From: the human T2T-CHM13v2.0 reference genome, Homo sapiens
Length of the DNA stretch: 64,000 nucleotides
Direction: 5' to 3' (one strand)
Assembly (NCBI RefSeq): GCF_009914755.1
Contig: NC_060925.1
How positions within the stretch are numbered: the first letter of the stretch is position 1; each line of letters opens with the position of its first letter. The notes below the pieces were generated by a model. That model did not search any database and had not been told where the DNA came from. It saw nothing but the letters and a program-made list of their open reading frames with translations. Of this stretch, positions 28,246 through 42,110 are shown in pieces. Made by a program: the position numbers and the translations under genes.

Positions 28246-28669
28246 CAAAACTGATTCTGTTGTTCATCACATAATTAATTATAAAATGAATTGAAGATAC
28301 TGTACTGCTTGTGCACGAGTCGATATGTAAGCACTTATATCAAACATCAATTCTTACACTTTTAAATGGAACATACATGTCAAATAAAATCCACATAAAT
28401 CTTATGTTCCTAATGGTTGTGGCATAACTGAGATAGACTGTGGGTTATGCACATTTCTATAGCTGTAATTCCATCCATTTGCCTTCCTTTCAAGAAAGCA
28501 TATAAGTCAGCCTGACAGACCAATGGCCTCTGAAATGTTCTAATCCAATAAATCACTCATTTTTACATTTTTAAGTATATTACTCAAAAGTTTAGTTATC
28601 TTAATAACCAATGATTAATAATCAATTACTTACAGCACTTTTTGCAATGAGTCTCATAAGAGGCCTGTT

Positions 28670-28837
28670 CCTGACTGAGCCTTGGTTCCAGTCATGGTTC
28701 TTCCCTCCACTAGCAAATATGGCCTATGGACCTCAGTTTTCTCAACTACAAAATATTAATAATTTCAGAGATAATCTACATAATTTACTTTTTGTAACGT
28801 CTGCCTCATAGTAACCATTTAGAAAGCATTAGCTGTT
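28670..28837 (+). mobile_element. MIR fragment
   Basis: ccactagc...gacctcagttttctcaactacaaaat...cattagctgttg. Confidence 0.55.
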
Positions 28838-29500
28838 GTAACAGTCAGGGATCAGTAGCAGGTAATAAAAAGCAATAGAAATATTATAAGCAGGAGCATA
28901 TTTAATACAAGAGATTAGGTGCTTACAAAATTTCATGAAGGATTGGGAGAGCATGCTCAAATCTTGCAGAGCCACAACTCAAACTAATACATCAAGGTTG
29001 CTACTCACACTATGCAGCCAGGAAGGTGTGGAGTCAGGAAGCCAATACTGCATCAGATAAGTCACAAGATCAAAGGACAGTTACAGCAATTGAAGGACCT
29101 GAAGACATTACTACCCTTCAGCTGTTATGAAATGAATCATTGGACATTCCAGAAAAACTCCAGGTCTCTACCAATCTTCTTTCAAACAGCACAAGCCAAA
29201 GTAACGAGGAGCAACCCCATCTAACTCCTCATTTCCAAATCTTATACAAGTGTTTTCCAAGTCACTCTTGGTTTCCATATCTTTCTTTACTAGAGAAGTC
29301 ACTATTTCTTATCCTGAGTTAAAGCAAAGGAAATTAGGTTTGCAAAAAGACCAAATATATAGCAAAAGAGGACACCAGGTTAACCTAATAGAGACATAAG
29401 CCTGACAGGCACTCACATTTGAGAGGAAACTGAATTTGCATTTAGATTCCTAGATGTAAGGGTTTGAGAAATTTAGTGATTTGTTTTCCATCATCAGTAA
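28838..29500 (-). mobile_element. Old ERVL-class LTR fragment, interrupted by a 175-bp duplicated segment
   Basis: Begins tgtaacagtcaggg...atttaatacaagagattag; resumes after 29427 with cctagatgtaaggg...gagaaatttagt...ttttcca; subfamily uncertain. Confidence 0.5.
29253..29427 (+). repeat. Local direct duplication, copy 1 (partner 30092-30265)
   Basis: 175 vs 174 bp; 4 substitutions and 1 indel by eye. Confidence 0.97.
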
Positions 29501-30091
29501 CCCAACAATATTTGTTGGAATACATGAGTGTGGAATCACAGCTATTGTAGTTATCATCAGTGTAGACACTGGTGCTCCATGCTGTTTTCTGAAGGCTGTA
29601 TCACCCCCATCATGTGCAGTATTCTCATTAATAAACCACAGCCATGCCATGTAAGATAGCCTGCTAGCTCTTTGAGGATACAAGCGTACCGAACATACAG
29701 TATTTGCCCTTAAAGGATATATAATGATGTGATTTATAAAACAGATCTAAACAAAAATCTAAAACAAATTTTACCAAATTTTAAGCTAAATGTTTGCGTA
29801 AAAGACCATTATGCCTATCAATGGGCATCTTTTCAAAGAAAACTTGCTTAGATATTAGCCTGATTCCTCCAACAGCTCTGGTTACCTTAAGTAGGATTTT
29901 ACTGCTTAACATTGGGCAGTTGCTTTTAATGTCTGATAAGAGATAAATTTGAAGTTTATTGCTTGTGATTACAACTTTTAAATAATAGCATTAATAACTG
30001 TCAGTATTAAATGCAGCAACTGCCATTAATGAATGCCATAGGGACAGAAGGCTTGTGAATAACACTTTTAAAACCCTCCTATATTTAATTT

Positions 30092-30265
30092 TTTTCCAAG
30101 TCACTCTTGGTTTCCATATCTTTCTTACTAGAGAAGTCACTATTTCTTATCCTGAGATAAAGCAAAGGAAATTAGGCTTGCAAAATGACCAAATATATAG
30201 CAAAAGAGGACACCAAGTTAACCTAATAGAGACATAAGCCTGACAGGCACTCACATTTGAGAGGA
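30092..30265 (+). repeat. Local direct duplication, copy 2 (probable donor)
   Basis: ttttccaagtcactcttgg...actcacatttgagagga. Confidence 0.97.
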
Positions 30266-31089
30266 TTTCTCTGCTGTAGGTCAATGTGCACAAATATCAT
30301 TATACAGAATGGGAATTAGCTATCGCACTGAAGAAAGAGTAGCTTTATTTCTAGGTGGATTATTTTTCTATATAGAAAAACACATTTCTTTGTTTGATAG
30401 ACATCACTATTACCACTATGATATAATCACAGTCATATCTGTGCACACAACAGAAAGATTATGTCCCTGCATTGCAGGATGAATTTGTGAATTTTTTCAT
30501 GATAAGCAAGGGCCTAGATATGCAATATCTCTCTAACAATAGAACCAATGATTTTTGCAAACACAGTGATGTTGGTAAGCATAAAGGCCAGAGAGTAGAG
30601 AGCATAAGAAGGTAGTTGCTATTTCCTTCATTTTGTTGTTGTTGTTGAAAATATCCAACTGGCGCTAGAGGTAAAAGTGTAAATAACATTAGTTTATCAT
30701 GGTCTCTTTAGGACTGACAAGTAAATTTGTATTAATAAAGCAATGTGCACTAATTAAATTTTGTTTAAAGGCACAGAGATAAATAATAATACATTTGACT
30801 AGGGGATATAAGACCTATGACAGAAGACATTGTAATAACTTTCAAATACAAATATTAAACATCCCCAGGAGATAATGTAATCATCCTTCCAATGGAAAGA
30901 CAAAGAAAACTTCATGAATGGGAACTAGAAGAAAGGTATCTGAAGGCCAAACAGAGAATTCTGAATAACGATAGTAGACTGAACCAGTAATTCATCTCTG
31001 CTACATCCCAAACACCTATTAAAATGAGGATTTTTTTAAAGAAATAAATTAAACATACGCTATCAGAAAAAAATAGGAAAAGAGACCAT

Positions 31090-32110
31090 GGCAACAAAAT
31101 TTTGTATGTTGGAAAGCAGATGGGTGGTTATAAATCACTTAGCCAAACCAAGAACACTCCATCTTAAGCTAGCAGAGTGGAAAGTTGAGAGGCAAGCCTG
31201 ATTTATACTGGAGATGCCCTAAAAGATGAAAAATCTATCTGCACAAGATACTTTTGAAAAGAGGATAAAGATGGAGCTAAAATCAGAAGAAATGGTAGGA
31301 AGTCAGAGAGTCACTTAGGACCTAAAATCTCTTGATCTCTTCAGAGATAAAGATGACAAATATCTGAGGAAACCATCCACTTCAAAAAATCCTAATAAAT
31401 AAGAAAAGGAATATCATCAGATGCACCAGACAGTCAAATGTGGACAATGGTTTTTGAATAAGCATAATACACATGCAAAGAGTCAAGGAAAGTTATTAAA
31501 GAAAAACAAGTAATAAAAGAGATCAATTATACAATTTAAGTATGAAAACATACAAGTTTACATTTAAAAAATGAAAATATTTTGGAAAAATAACATAATG
31601 AATTCATGAATTTTAAGATCAATTTGAGTAATTCTCCAAGAAGAAAGCAGGGAGGAATAAAGAAGTAAGTAAATAATTTTAAAAGTTGAAAGATATGAAA
31701 GGTAGAAAGCACCATCAGGTGTCCCAATGAAGGGAAAATGTTAAAATGTAAAGAATTAATTCTTTAAAGAAATAATAGAGATAAACTTATCAGAATGAAA
31801 AGAAGATGAAATACATCAGACTGAAAGGATGCCCAGAGAACTATTTAAAAAACAGAAAAAATTCTTACCATTTTTAGAGAAAAAGAGGATATAACTTACA
31901 AAATAATTAGTATTTAACAGCAGATGCGTCAAGAGCAATATTTAGATACAAGAAACAAAGGAGTAGACTTTTTAACATATTGAAGAAAAATAACTGAGTC
32001 TAGCTTTTATAACTATCAAAAAACACCAAAACAGCAGTCCCATAATATTCTTGGCTTAAAAAACCTCAGAAGCTTAGCCACAGAGAAATCCCACAATAAA
32101 GCTTTTGAAA
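31090..32110 (+). mobile_element. Ancient L1/HAL1-like 5'/ORF1 remnant
   Basis: A-rich, ORF1-like traces (aagaaataatagagataaactt...cagactgaaagga...gcaatatttagatacaagaa). Confidence 0.5.
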
Positions 32111-32120
32111 ACTGTACTCT

Positions 32121-32457
<337 letters not shown>

Positions 32458-32532
32458 TTACTTAAAAAATACAAAAGACGTGTAAGATACATGTGAGTTA
32501 AATATAATAAAATATCTTTAAAAATTTGTTAT

Positions 32533-33423
32533 TGTCCGCAAAAAGAGTCACACTCTGTATAATATTTGAAGAGATTAATTCTGAGCCAAATATGATGACC
32601 AGTGACCTCTGACACAACCCCAGGAGGTCCTAAGAATATGTTGCCAAGGTGCTTGGGCTACAGCTTGGTTTTATACATTTTAGAAGACATAAGATGTCAA
32701 TCAGTACCCATAAGGTGTACATTGGTTCCATCCAGAAAGTGGGACAACTGGAAGCAAGGGGGCAGGGCGTTCCAGGTCATAGGTGGATTCAAAGATTTTC
32801 TAATTAGTAATTGGTTGAAATAGTTATTATTTGAAGACATAGAATCAATAGAAGAGAATATCTGAGTTAAGACTGGGGATTGTGGAGACCCAGGTTCTTA
32901 TTATGCAGATGAAGCCTCCAGAAAGCAGGCTTCAGAGACAATAGATTGTAAATGTTTCTTATCAGACATAAAAAAGGTGCCAGACTCTTATTAATTATCT
33001 CCTGGCTCAGGGAAAACACCTGGAAAGGGAAGGGGATTCTGTACAGAATGTAGATTTTACCCACAAGAGACAGCTTTACAAGGCTACTTCAAAATATGTC
33101 AAAAATATATTTTGGGATAAAATAATTCCATTTTATTCAGGGCCTGCTATATGTCATGTGATGCTATGCTAGAGTCAGGTTGGAATTTGGTTTCTTATTG
33201 CTACAAAGAGTCTGTTTCTTGGTCTTCTCTGTTTTAATGTTAATGTTAATACTGGTCAGTTGTGCATAAATTTCAGTGGGAGGAGGGTATAATGAGGCAT
33301 TTCTGACCTTTCCTTCCTATCATGGCCTGAACTAGATTTCAGGTTAACTGTGGAAAGCCCTAGGCTAAAAGGAGTGGTCCATTCAGTTGGTTAGGGGGCT
33401 TAGAATTTTATTTTTGGTCTACA
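32533..33423 (-). mobile_element. MER4D-like ERV1 solo LTR
   Basis: TG...CA ends; minus strand starts tgtagaccaaaaataaaattctaagcccc; exact 4-bp TSD ttat. Confidence 0.9.
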
Positions 33424-33962
33424 TTATCTAAAACAAAAAAAAGAAGCAAACAGGCCTTTCATTTTAGAAAAACAAAACATTTACAAAAGGGAAAAATTAA
33501 TGTATGTACTACACATGATAGCCCCGAATTAAAATTCCACCCCATATCAATGTGATGGGAGTTGTGCAGAGGAAAATCAATCTGGACAGAAGGTGTTAAG
33601 GAGAAGAAGTAGACAGTAACTACAATGTATACATATATAACATATATTTGACATTTTGTTTCCATCTATCTGATTGAAAATGGCAAACTGAAATAGAAAT
33701 TTAAATTAAAAGTTGATTATTAAGAATTTACAAAACGAAATGATGTAAAGAATTTCAAATGGTTAAACTTTCAAAATATGTATTTTAAAAAAATTTGTAG
33801 CATCTGCTTCTGAAGTTAACTCTGTAAATCTGTCTTAAGACTTTTAGAGACATACTGTTTTATGTACGTGTGTGTGTGTATGCAAAATGATCTGAGTGAT
33901 CTCAGTGAAACTGAAGAAGAAAATATAGATGGAAAAGACAATTGAGGGCCTATGGGCAAAAC

Positions 33963-34630
33963 TGAGACAGTACAGGGAAGAGATTCAGTCCTGGTAGACA
34001 AGAGACATGGTGATTGAGATCCTAGTGGTCTTCACATGTCTGGGCATATTTCCTCCCCCACCTTCTTGCCTCCCTTAACAAGTTGACCCAATTCATGTAG
34101 CAGAAAGCTGCCCCCTTCCAACATAGCTGACCAAGATGAATTCCCAACCATAAAAGGAAAAATCGAACTATCTATTAATCTTCTTAAGTTACTTCTTCCA
34201 AGATTGCTGAAGCGGGAATGTGGCATTCCTGATTAAAAACCTGAGCAGATCTAGCTAGCTAAAGACAAGATGGACTCCAGTGCTAACTTTTCACTGAGTT
34301 TTTCCCTCATTATAATTTCATTATAATACTAGAAATCACAGACCCAGGGGTGGAGATTTAGCATACTAATGAATCACACAGGCTTGAAGAAACATGTTAT
34401 CAAATTAAGTAGGTGCTAAACGTTCCCCACCTCTACATGTCTACATGTCACACCATTTCTCACCTCAGCTCCCTTAAAATGACAAGAGCCAAGCCCTTGA
34501 GAGAGCTACTCCCTTGCTTTTCTCGAGCTGCAAGCCTATTAAACCTTGCCTAAGAAAAATTTCCATTTGGCCTGGTGTTAATTTCTATTTACCCAAGAGC
34601 CAAGAACTCCGAGTCTAAGCTGCAGCAACA
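33963..34630 (+). mobile_element. ERV1-class solo LTR (subfamily uncertain)
   Basis: tgagacagtacaggg...gcagcaaca; cttaaaa TATA-like and attaaa polyA-like motifs; exact 4-bp TSD aaac. Confidence 0.75.
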
Positions 34631-36547
34631 AAACCAATTATAGAAATAAATATAAATGGATATTTTAATGTCAGATACATATACAACCACAACAAATACA
34701 CATACTTGTACACATATGAATTATTTATGATCAAGCACAATGTAAACTTGTAAGTAAAGCCAAATATTTTAACTTTTCCTTTGCCTCTGTTGATATTCAC
34801 TGAAATAGGGAAAATTATAAAGGTAGTACAATTCATATCAATTTGGAAATATAAGAAACAATCTTCTTAAGCAAATTCAGGTAGAACATGTTTCAAGGCT
34901 GCTTGTTAGTCTATGTATATGTGTAAATATGCATTTGTGTGTAAGAACATGTGTGTGTAGTTTTGCCCTCTATAAATATTAAAGTTCAGCATTCAAACCT
35001 CTGCTTTGGAGTTGTACGTTGCTCTTTGTAATAAATTAATTCGGTAAAGGGGCCTTAGCATGTGTTTAAAAACATTTTTAGGAAAAGCTAAAAACAAATA
35101 CATAGTTTGAAAGAAAACATTTCCACTGTGCTTTTCAACTAGTCTACAACAGAATAGTTGAAAACAGCTTCTCACGACTTCCCTGGCTTCAAAAAGAACT
35201 TTCTCAGAATTCTCCTTTGTGTTTGAAAAAATAATGAATCAATCAATTAAAAACACCTCAAATGCAATCTATGAAATGTACTTCTCTATTCTGCAATCAG
35301 CAACACTGATCAATAATTGAGCTCTCTTTTCTTTTGGGCTTCATCAAAAACTATTTTTTCCATGAGAAAGAAAGGGAAGGAATAAAAAGAAATCCAAAAT
35401 TACAGTGGAAAATATGTAACCTTTTTACAGCAGGAGGGAGGTTAACTGTGCAAACACGTTATTTAAAATGACTACGAGTTGGCTTTCATCTGCACCCATT
35501 GAATGAAGGGATGATTATTTACAAAGCAGTTTTGCCTCTGGCATGGACCTCTTTGGATGGCTGCTAAGGAAACCTGAGGAGGCTGTGACAGGCCCTTTAT
35601 TAACAGCAAAATGATAATTTTCAAACAAGTGATCAATTCTGGAACAAAGGACAAGCATAGCATTTACTGATAATGCAATGCCCAGACCCTGGCCAGCATT
35701 ATAAGGACAAGATCACAGGATGCATTTTATTTGCATATTATTTCATTAGCATTTACCTTGTCTAAGCAAATAGAGGCTACATATGGAGCCCAGAAGAAGT
35801 CACCACCCCTGCATGAAAGGTTTTTGACCTAATCTAGCCAAACTCAGGAACCAGTAAAAAGAGGAATACAAACACACACATCTTGTCTAAATTCCAATGG
35901 TGCAATTAACTTCTGCCTACATAAAATTGTTCATGCCACTCTCACTTGAGAAGTTATTTTTCCAGCTCCCTTCCTGAATGCTGTTGTGCTGTGGAGCTGC
36001 TGTCATATTCAACCCCACAGGTGCTTGCATATCAGTGGTGGGTGAGCAATCTGTAGATAAAACCAGGAAGACATTTGAAGGTCTTCTGTGTGAAAGGTGT
36101 AATATACATATGAAGCGTTGTTCATCTCCTTTGGGGTGGGGGGCTCAGTTAACATTGACATGTAATACTAATCGGTAAAACAGCCTGGTAAACTCACTCT
36201 ATTATCAGGACTTGGTTTTGCTTTAAGAGGAAATTTCAAAGTGTATCACCTCTGATTGTTCAAATGCCATATAATACCAATACTTAGGACCTCAAATGTA
36301 CCTTTGCTTGAGAATGTCAAGATGCCACGGAACTTTGTGCTTTCCTTTGCAGATTTTACGTGTAGACGGTAATTGAGGTGATACAACCAGTGAATAGGGA
36401 ATTATTTTAAACTTCTTCTGCTGAGTTAAGAAAAATCTCTGGTGCAGAAGCTCCTTACAGTAAACACATGAAAATACTTCTTATAGTTATTAGCAAATTA
36501 AATAACAATAGAAGTCTCTTAAAGTGTAACAACCTGATTTAAAAAAA

Positions 36548-37490
<943 letters not shown>

Positions 37491-37629
37491 TTTGATGTTG
37501 GTGTTGAAAGTTTGGATTTGGGCGAATCCTTGAATGTAGCCAGACAGAGAAGTTGAATCAGCCTATTGCTACATTGTAATGACAAAGCTGACTCTGTTAA
37601 GGATAGTGATTTACCATTTATCCAATCTA

Positions 37630-37790
37630 TAACTTATCACAAGTTTGCAGAAATATATTGAACATACCAAAGCTTCAGTTTATTCTCTGAGTATTTCAGA
37701 ATGGTTGTTGTCATAATTAAATGAGATAAACTTATTAAATATATATAGCATATGAAATGTATAATAGATGACATATAGTAACATTGATTA
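37630..37790 (+). mobile_element. MIR fragment
   Basis: gcttcagtttattc...ggttgttgt...attaaatgagataa. Confidence 0.5.
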
Positions 37791-38205
37791 TAAGTTTTGA
37801 AATTAATTAGTAATGAGTTATAATTTCTATTTATTTCCTTATATCCTTAGATGCACAGATGGTAGGACTATATACATAAAGTATTTTTAAAGATATGAGA
37901 AAATAATTAGAAACCACAGAAAGAGGGAAATGATGACATCAGAAACTCAGGACTGACAGTTAAATTTGATTTTCAATTTTTTAAGCAGCAAAGGCAAACA
38001 AATGAAAACATGGAAAAAAATATAGAAACAAGAGAAGTTTAAACAGTTTTTCTTGTCTGATAAACATGTCAGATAATTAGTAGAATCAAACATGGTTTCA
38101 TAAAATCTAATATATTTATCAACTTTAATGCAACTGTGCTCTCTAGTACCTAGCAAGCAATTTTGATTTTAGGAGTTTGACTTTGTGCAAAGTTTCATTT
38201 GTACA

Positions 38206-38520
38206 AAGCACTGTCCAATGGAAATATAACGTGAGCCACATATGTCATTTAAAATTTTCCAATACATACATTAAGAAAGGTTAAAATAAAAAAGTAAATT
38301 TAATTTTATGATACAGTTTATTTGATCTGATATATTCAAAATAATGGTATTTTTGTGTATAATCAATTAAAAGATTATTAATAAAATATTTTGGTTTATT
38401 TTCTATAATAAATCTTCAAAATTTGTTGTGCATTTTACACTTACAGCACATCTGCATTTGTATTAGGCACATTTTAAATTCTTAATAATATTGTGATAGT
38501 ATGCCATGTTAGATAGCATG
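38206..38520. mobile_element. MER33-like hAT-Charlie MITE
   Basis: agcactgtccaatggaaatataacgtgagccacatatgt...cattttacacttacagcacatct...ttagatagcatg. Confidence 0.82.
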
Positions 38521-38669
38521 GCTCAACATTAACTCCACATGGACATAAATAATTGACTTTGAAACATGAGCACAGATATGGATGAACTGGCATGACAATG
38601 TTACAGACATTAATAAGCACACACTCTCATGATGACATGATCCTTGACTACTGTATTAAACTTGCATTA

Positions 38670-39470
38670 ATTTTTAATTTATTCTTACATTTGACAAATA
38701 TTTGTTACCTATTATATTTCTGAATGTGCAGTGAAAATGCTTAACCTTTCCACAGTAGACAGTTTCTAGGAAAACCATTAGCCCAAAGAGTGTAGGAAGT
38801 CTTTTAGTCTCTGAGGAAATAACATGAAGCAAAATTAAATTTCTGCTTATCAAGCTTAAATTTTAGTAGGGGCAGACAGATAATAAAAAGTAAACAAATA
38901 TTTATCATCAGCTGGTGATATTTGCTGTGAAGAAAAATAAACAGAGTAACAGTGAGGAGGTGGAATTCTGGAGTGGTACTTTAGACAGAGTGGTCAGAAG
39001 GCTATTCTATTAAAGATAGAAGATAGAGAAATGGCCCCTTAATGAGGTAGAATGAAAGCAAAAACCTGAATCAAGGGAGGCTATGAACCAAGAGGATTCT
39101 GGAGAGAAAGAATTCTGGAGAGAGAGAGTGCCAAGAGACTTTCAGAAGAGAACTTAAAATATGGAGATTAATAGATACAAGCAACAATGTGAAAGCCTGT
39201 ATGACTGGAGAATAGCTAGTTAGGTGGATCTTGTTGGGATATGATGCCAGGTAAGAAGTTCGGATGTTGTTTCTGAGACAGCTGGGAAACCAATGGAGGG
39301 ACATGAGCAGAGAAAGGATGTGATGCTTTCTATAATAGTTACTGAAAGTATATTTATCTGTGCTGTTGTGTGGCAAAGCGATAGTAGCAGGAGATGAGCA
39401 GAAGCAGGGACAGCACAGATGACGTGCTGGGTAGTCTTGGCCCAGGATGTTAAAGGCAGCATATGATCTA
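38670..39470 (-). mobile_element. L2a fragment
   Basis: gacaaatatttg...agtaggggcagacagataataa...gtggtcagaagg...tgggaaaccaatggaggg. Confidence 0.7.
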
Positions 39471-40858
39471 AATGAAAATCAAAATCACCTATTAAATACA
39501 TAATGCCAATAGCTTTGTTTTACTTTCAGTTAAAACCATTATTGGATAAACTGTTCTATCCATAGGGCAAGTCTATTCATATCATGCAAATTTAGTTTTC
39601 TATGTGGTATTATGTACAAATTTCCAAATTGAAATTCAATAAATTGTTCTTTCACAATGTTCTTTCAATGTTCTTTGTCACAGTGCATTGTGCCAAGCTG
39701 AGAAGAAAACAATTCACATGCCTCCTGTCTCCTTTCTTGTTCCCTGTCCAGAGGCTTATGATGTAGTCAGGAAGGTACAGTTACCAGCACAAATTTGTAG
39801 GGAAAAAGTCAGACACTGGTGAAGTGTTGTCAGGATGGGCAAATCAAGGTAAAATGAAGAAACAAACAAGGAGATGATTAAATTAAACAGAGAGATTCAT
39901 TAATTCATGCATCCATTCATTCTATAACTATTGATTTTGTCAGAGACTGTGTGTTTTAGCAATTCAAAGATGACTAAGGTTATAGATCTTGAGAATGGTT
40001 CATGGACTAAGAATCAAGAGTTGTTTCCCTGTTGTATAAGGTCATAGAGATGGATAGGCTGATTGGAATATTTATGCAGGAGAGTATCAAGTAGTATAGC
40101 TTTGAAAAAGATTCTGAAAGGTGGCTGCAGAGAACAACAAAAAGTCAAATCCAGAGGAGCAGTATCAAATACCAGACCCAAAGGGCAAGATGGAACACAA
40201 AGTCAGAAGCTCTGCCAATCAGGAACTGATTTAAAGCAGAACATGAGGTAGTTCAAGGTAAGCAGCTTAGTTAATGCAAAGACCATGTGCCTGAGTTTCA
40301 GAGAAAATAATGTTGTGTGGATCAGGGGGAGGCCTTAAGGTTTAAAGGAGCTGATACCACCAGAGAGATTTGTGCCTTTGGTATTTAAGCTGGAACTGAC
40401 AATGTGGAAAGACACTGATAGAAGGATTTGAGTAGAAAGGGATTTCTTCCAGAAATAAAATTTGAACAGTGGTATGCAGGTTGGAAATTGCAGGGTATTA
40501 CCAGGGAACAGTACATATTCAGCAAGGGTGTAACATGTCAAGAATTTGTGGAAAGAGAAGTGAAGTGGAACTGGGCCAAAACCATATTATGGAGGGTTTT
40601 GAATGTCAGTATTTATATTTATTCCATATATCTTGGTGAACAATCGAAGGTTTCATTAAAAGCATGAGTTACATATGCAAATTTTTATTTAGGAACATGT
40701 TTTAGTGTTCAAAATATAAGACATATTGTTACCAGCAGCAAATGTGTATGAGTAAGCAGCAACCTCAATTTTTGCCTCCTCAGAAGAAAGAATTCAACTA
40801 AGGGACATAAGGCAGAAGGAGAGACCAAGGCAAGTTTTAAAGCAGGAGTGAAAGCTTA

Positions 40859-41557
40859 TGACATGGTTGGGCTGTGTCGCCACCCAAATTTCATCTTGAA
40901 TTGTAGTTCCCATAATCCCCATGTGTCATGGGAGGGACCCATGGAAGGTAATTGAATCACGGGGGTGGTTACCCTCATGCTGCTGTTCTCATGACAGTGA
41001 ATGAGTTCTCACGAGATTGGATGGTTCCATAAGAGGCTTTTCCCCCTTTTGCTCTCAACTTCTCCTTGCTGCCACCATGTGAAGAAGGGAGTGTTTGCTT
41101 TCCCTTCTGTCATAATTACATTTCCTGAAGTCTCCCCTGTTCCCCTTGCTGAACTGTGAGTCAATTAAAACTTTTTCCTTTATAAATTACCCTGTTGCAG
41201 GTATATCTTTTTTTTTTTTTTTTTTTTTTTTTTGAGACAGAGTCTCACTCTGTCACTCAGGCTGGAGTACAGTGGCGTGATCTCAGCTCACTGCAAGCTC
41301 CGCCTCCTGGGTTCACACCATTCTCCTGCCTCAGCCTCCTGAGTACCTGAGACTACAGGCACCCACCACCACGCCTGGCTAATTTTTTTGTATTTTTAGT
41401 AGAGACAGGGTTTCACCGTGTTAGCCAGGATGGTCTTGATCTCCTAACCTCATGATCTGCCTGCCCTGGCCTCCCAAAGTGCTGGGATTACGGGCGTGAG
41501 CCACGGCGCCTGGCCTCAGGTATATCCTTATTAGCAGCATAAGAACAGACTAATACA
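40859..41557 (+). mobile_element. THE1D solo LTR containing an AluY
   Basis: tgacatggttgggctgtgtc...ttaccctcatgctgctgttctc...cagactaataca. Confidence 0.88.
41208..41515 (-). mobile_element. AluY
   Basis: gcaagctccgcc, ttcacaccattctcc and accgtgttagccaggatgg diagnostics; long poly(T); TSD caggtatatc. Confidence 0.95.
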
Positions 41558-41562
41558 GTTAA

Positions 41563-41931
41563 TAATATGGTTTGGATTTGTGTCCCCATGCAAATCTCAT
41601 GTCAAATTGTAATCCCCAGTGTTGGAGGATTGGCCTGCTAGTAGGCGATTGGATTATGGGGGCAGATTTCCCCTTGGCTGTTTTCGTGATAGTGAATGAG
41701 TTCTCATGAGACCTGCTTGTTTAACAGTGTGTGACACCTTCCCCTTCACTCTTTTCTTCCTGCTCTAGCCACATAAGTCATACCTGCTTCCTCTTCTGCC
41801 ATAATTGCAATGTTTCTGAGGTCTCCCAAAAACCGTGCACCTGTAGAACCATGAGCCAATTAAACCATTTTCTTTATAAATTACCCAGTCTCAGGTAGTT
41901 CTTTATAGCAATGCAAACATGGGCTAATATG
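41563..41931 (+). mobile_element. MSTA solo LTR
   Basis: taatatggtttggatttgtgtcccc...aattgtaatccccagtgttggagg...aattacccagtctcaggtagttctttatagcaatg. Confidence 0.88.
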
Positions 41932-42110
41932 GTTCATTAAAAAGCTTTGGAGAAGGAAAAAGAAATAAAGCACTCTTGCAGGAAGGCCAAGCAGGTGACC
42001 TGTGAAAGCAAGTGCATGATTTGAACTTTGATGTAGGGTTTTATATGTTAGCATAATTTTGGAGTCTTGTGTCTGTCCCTGATTTTTCCCTTGGGGAGTT
42101 ATACACATGT

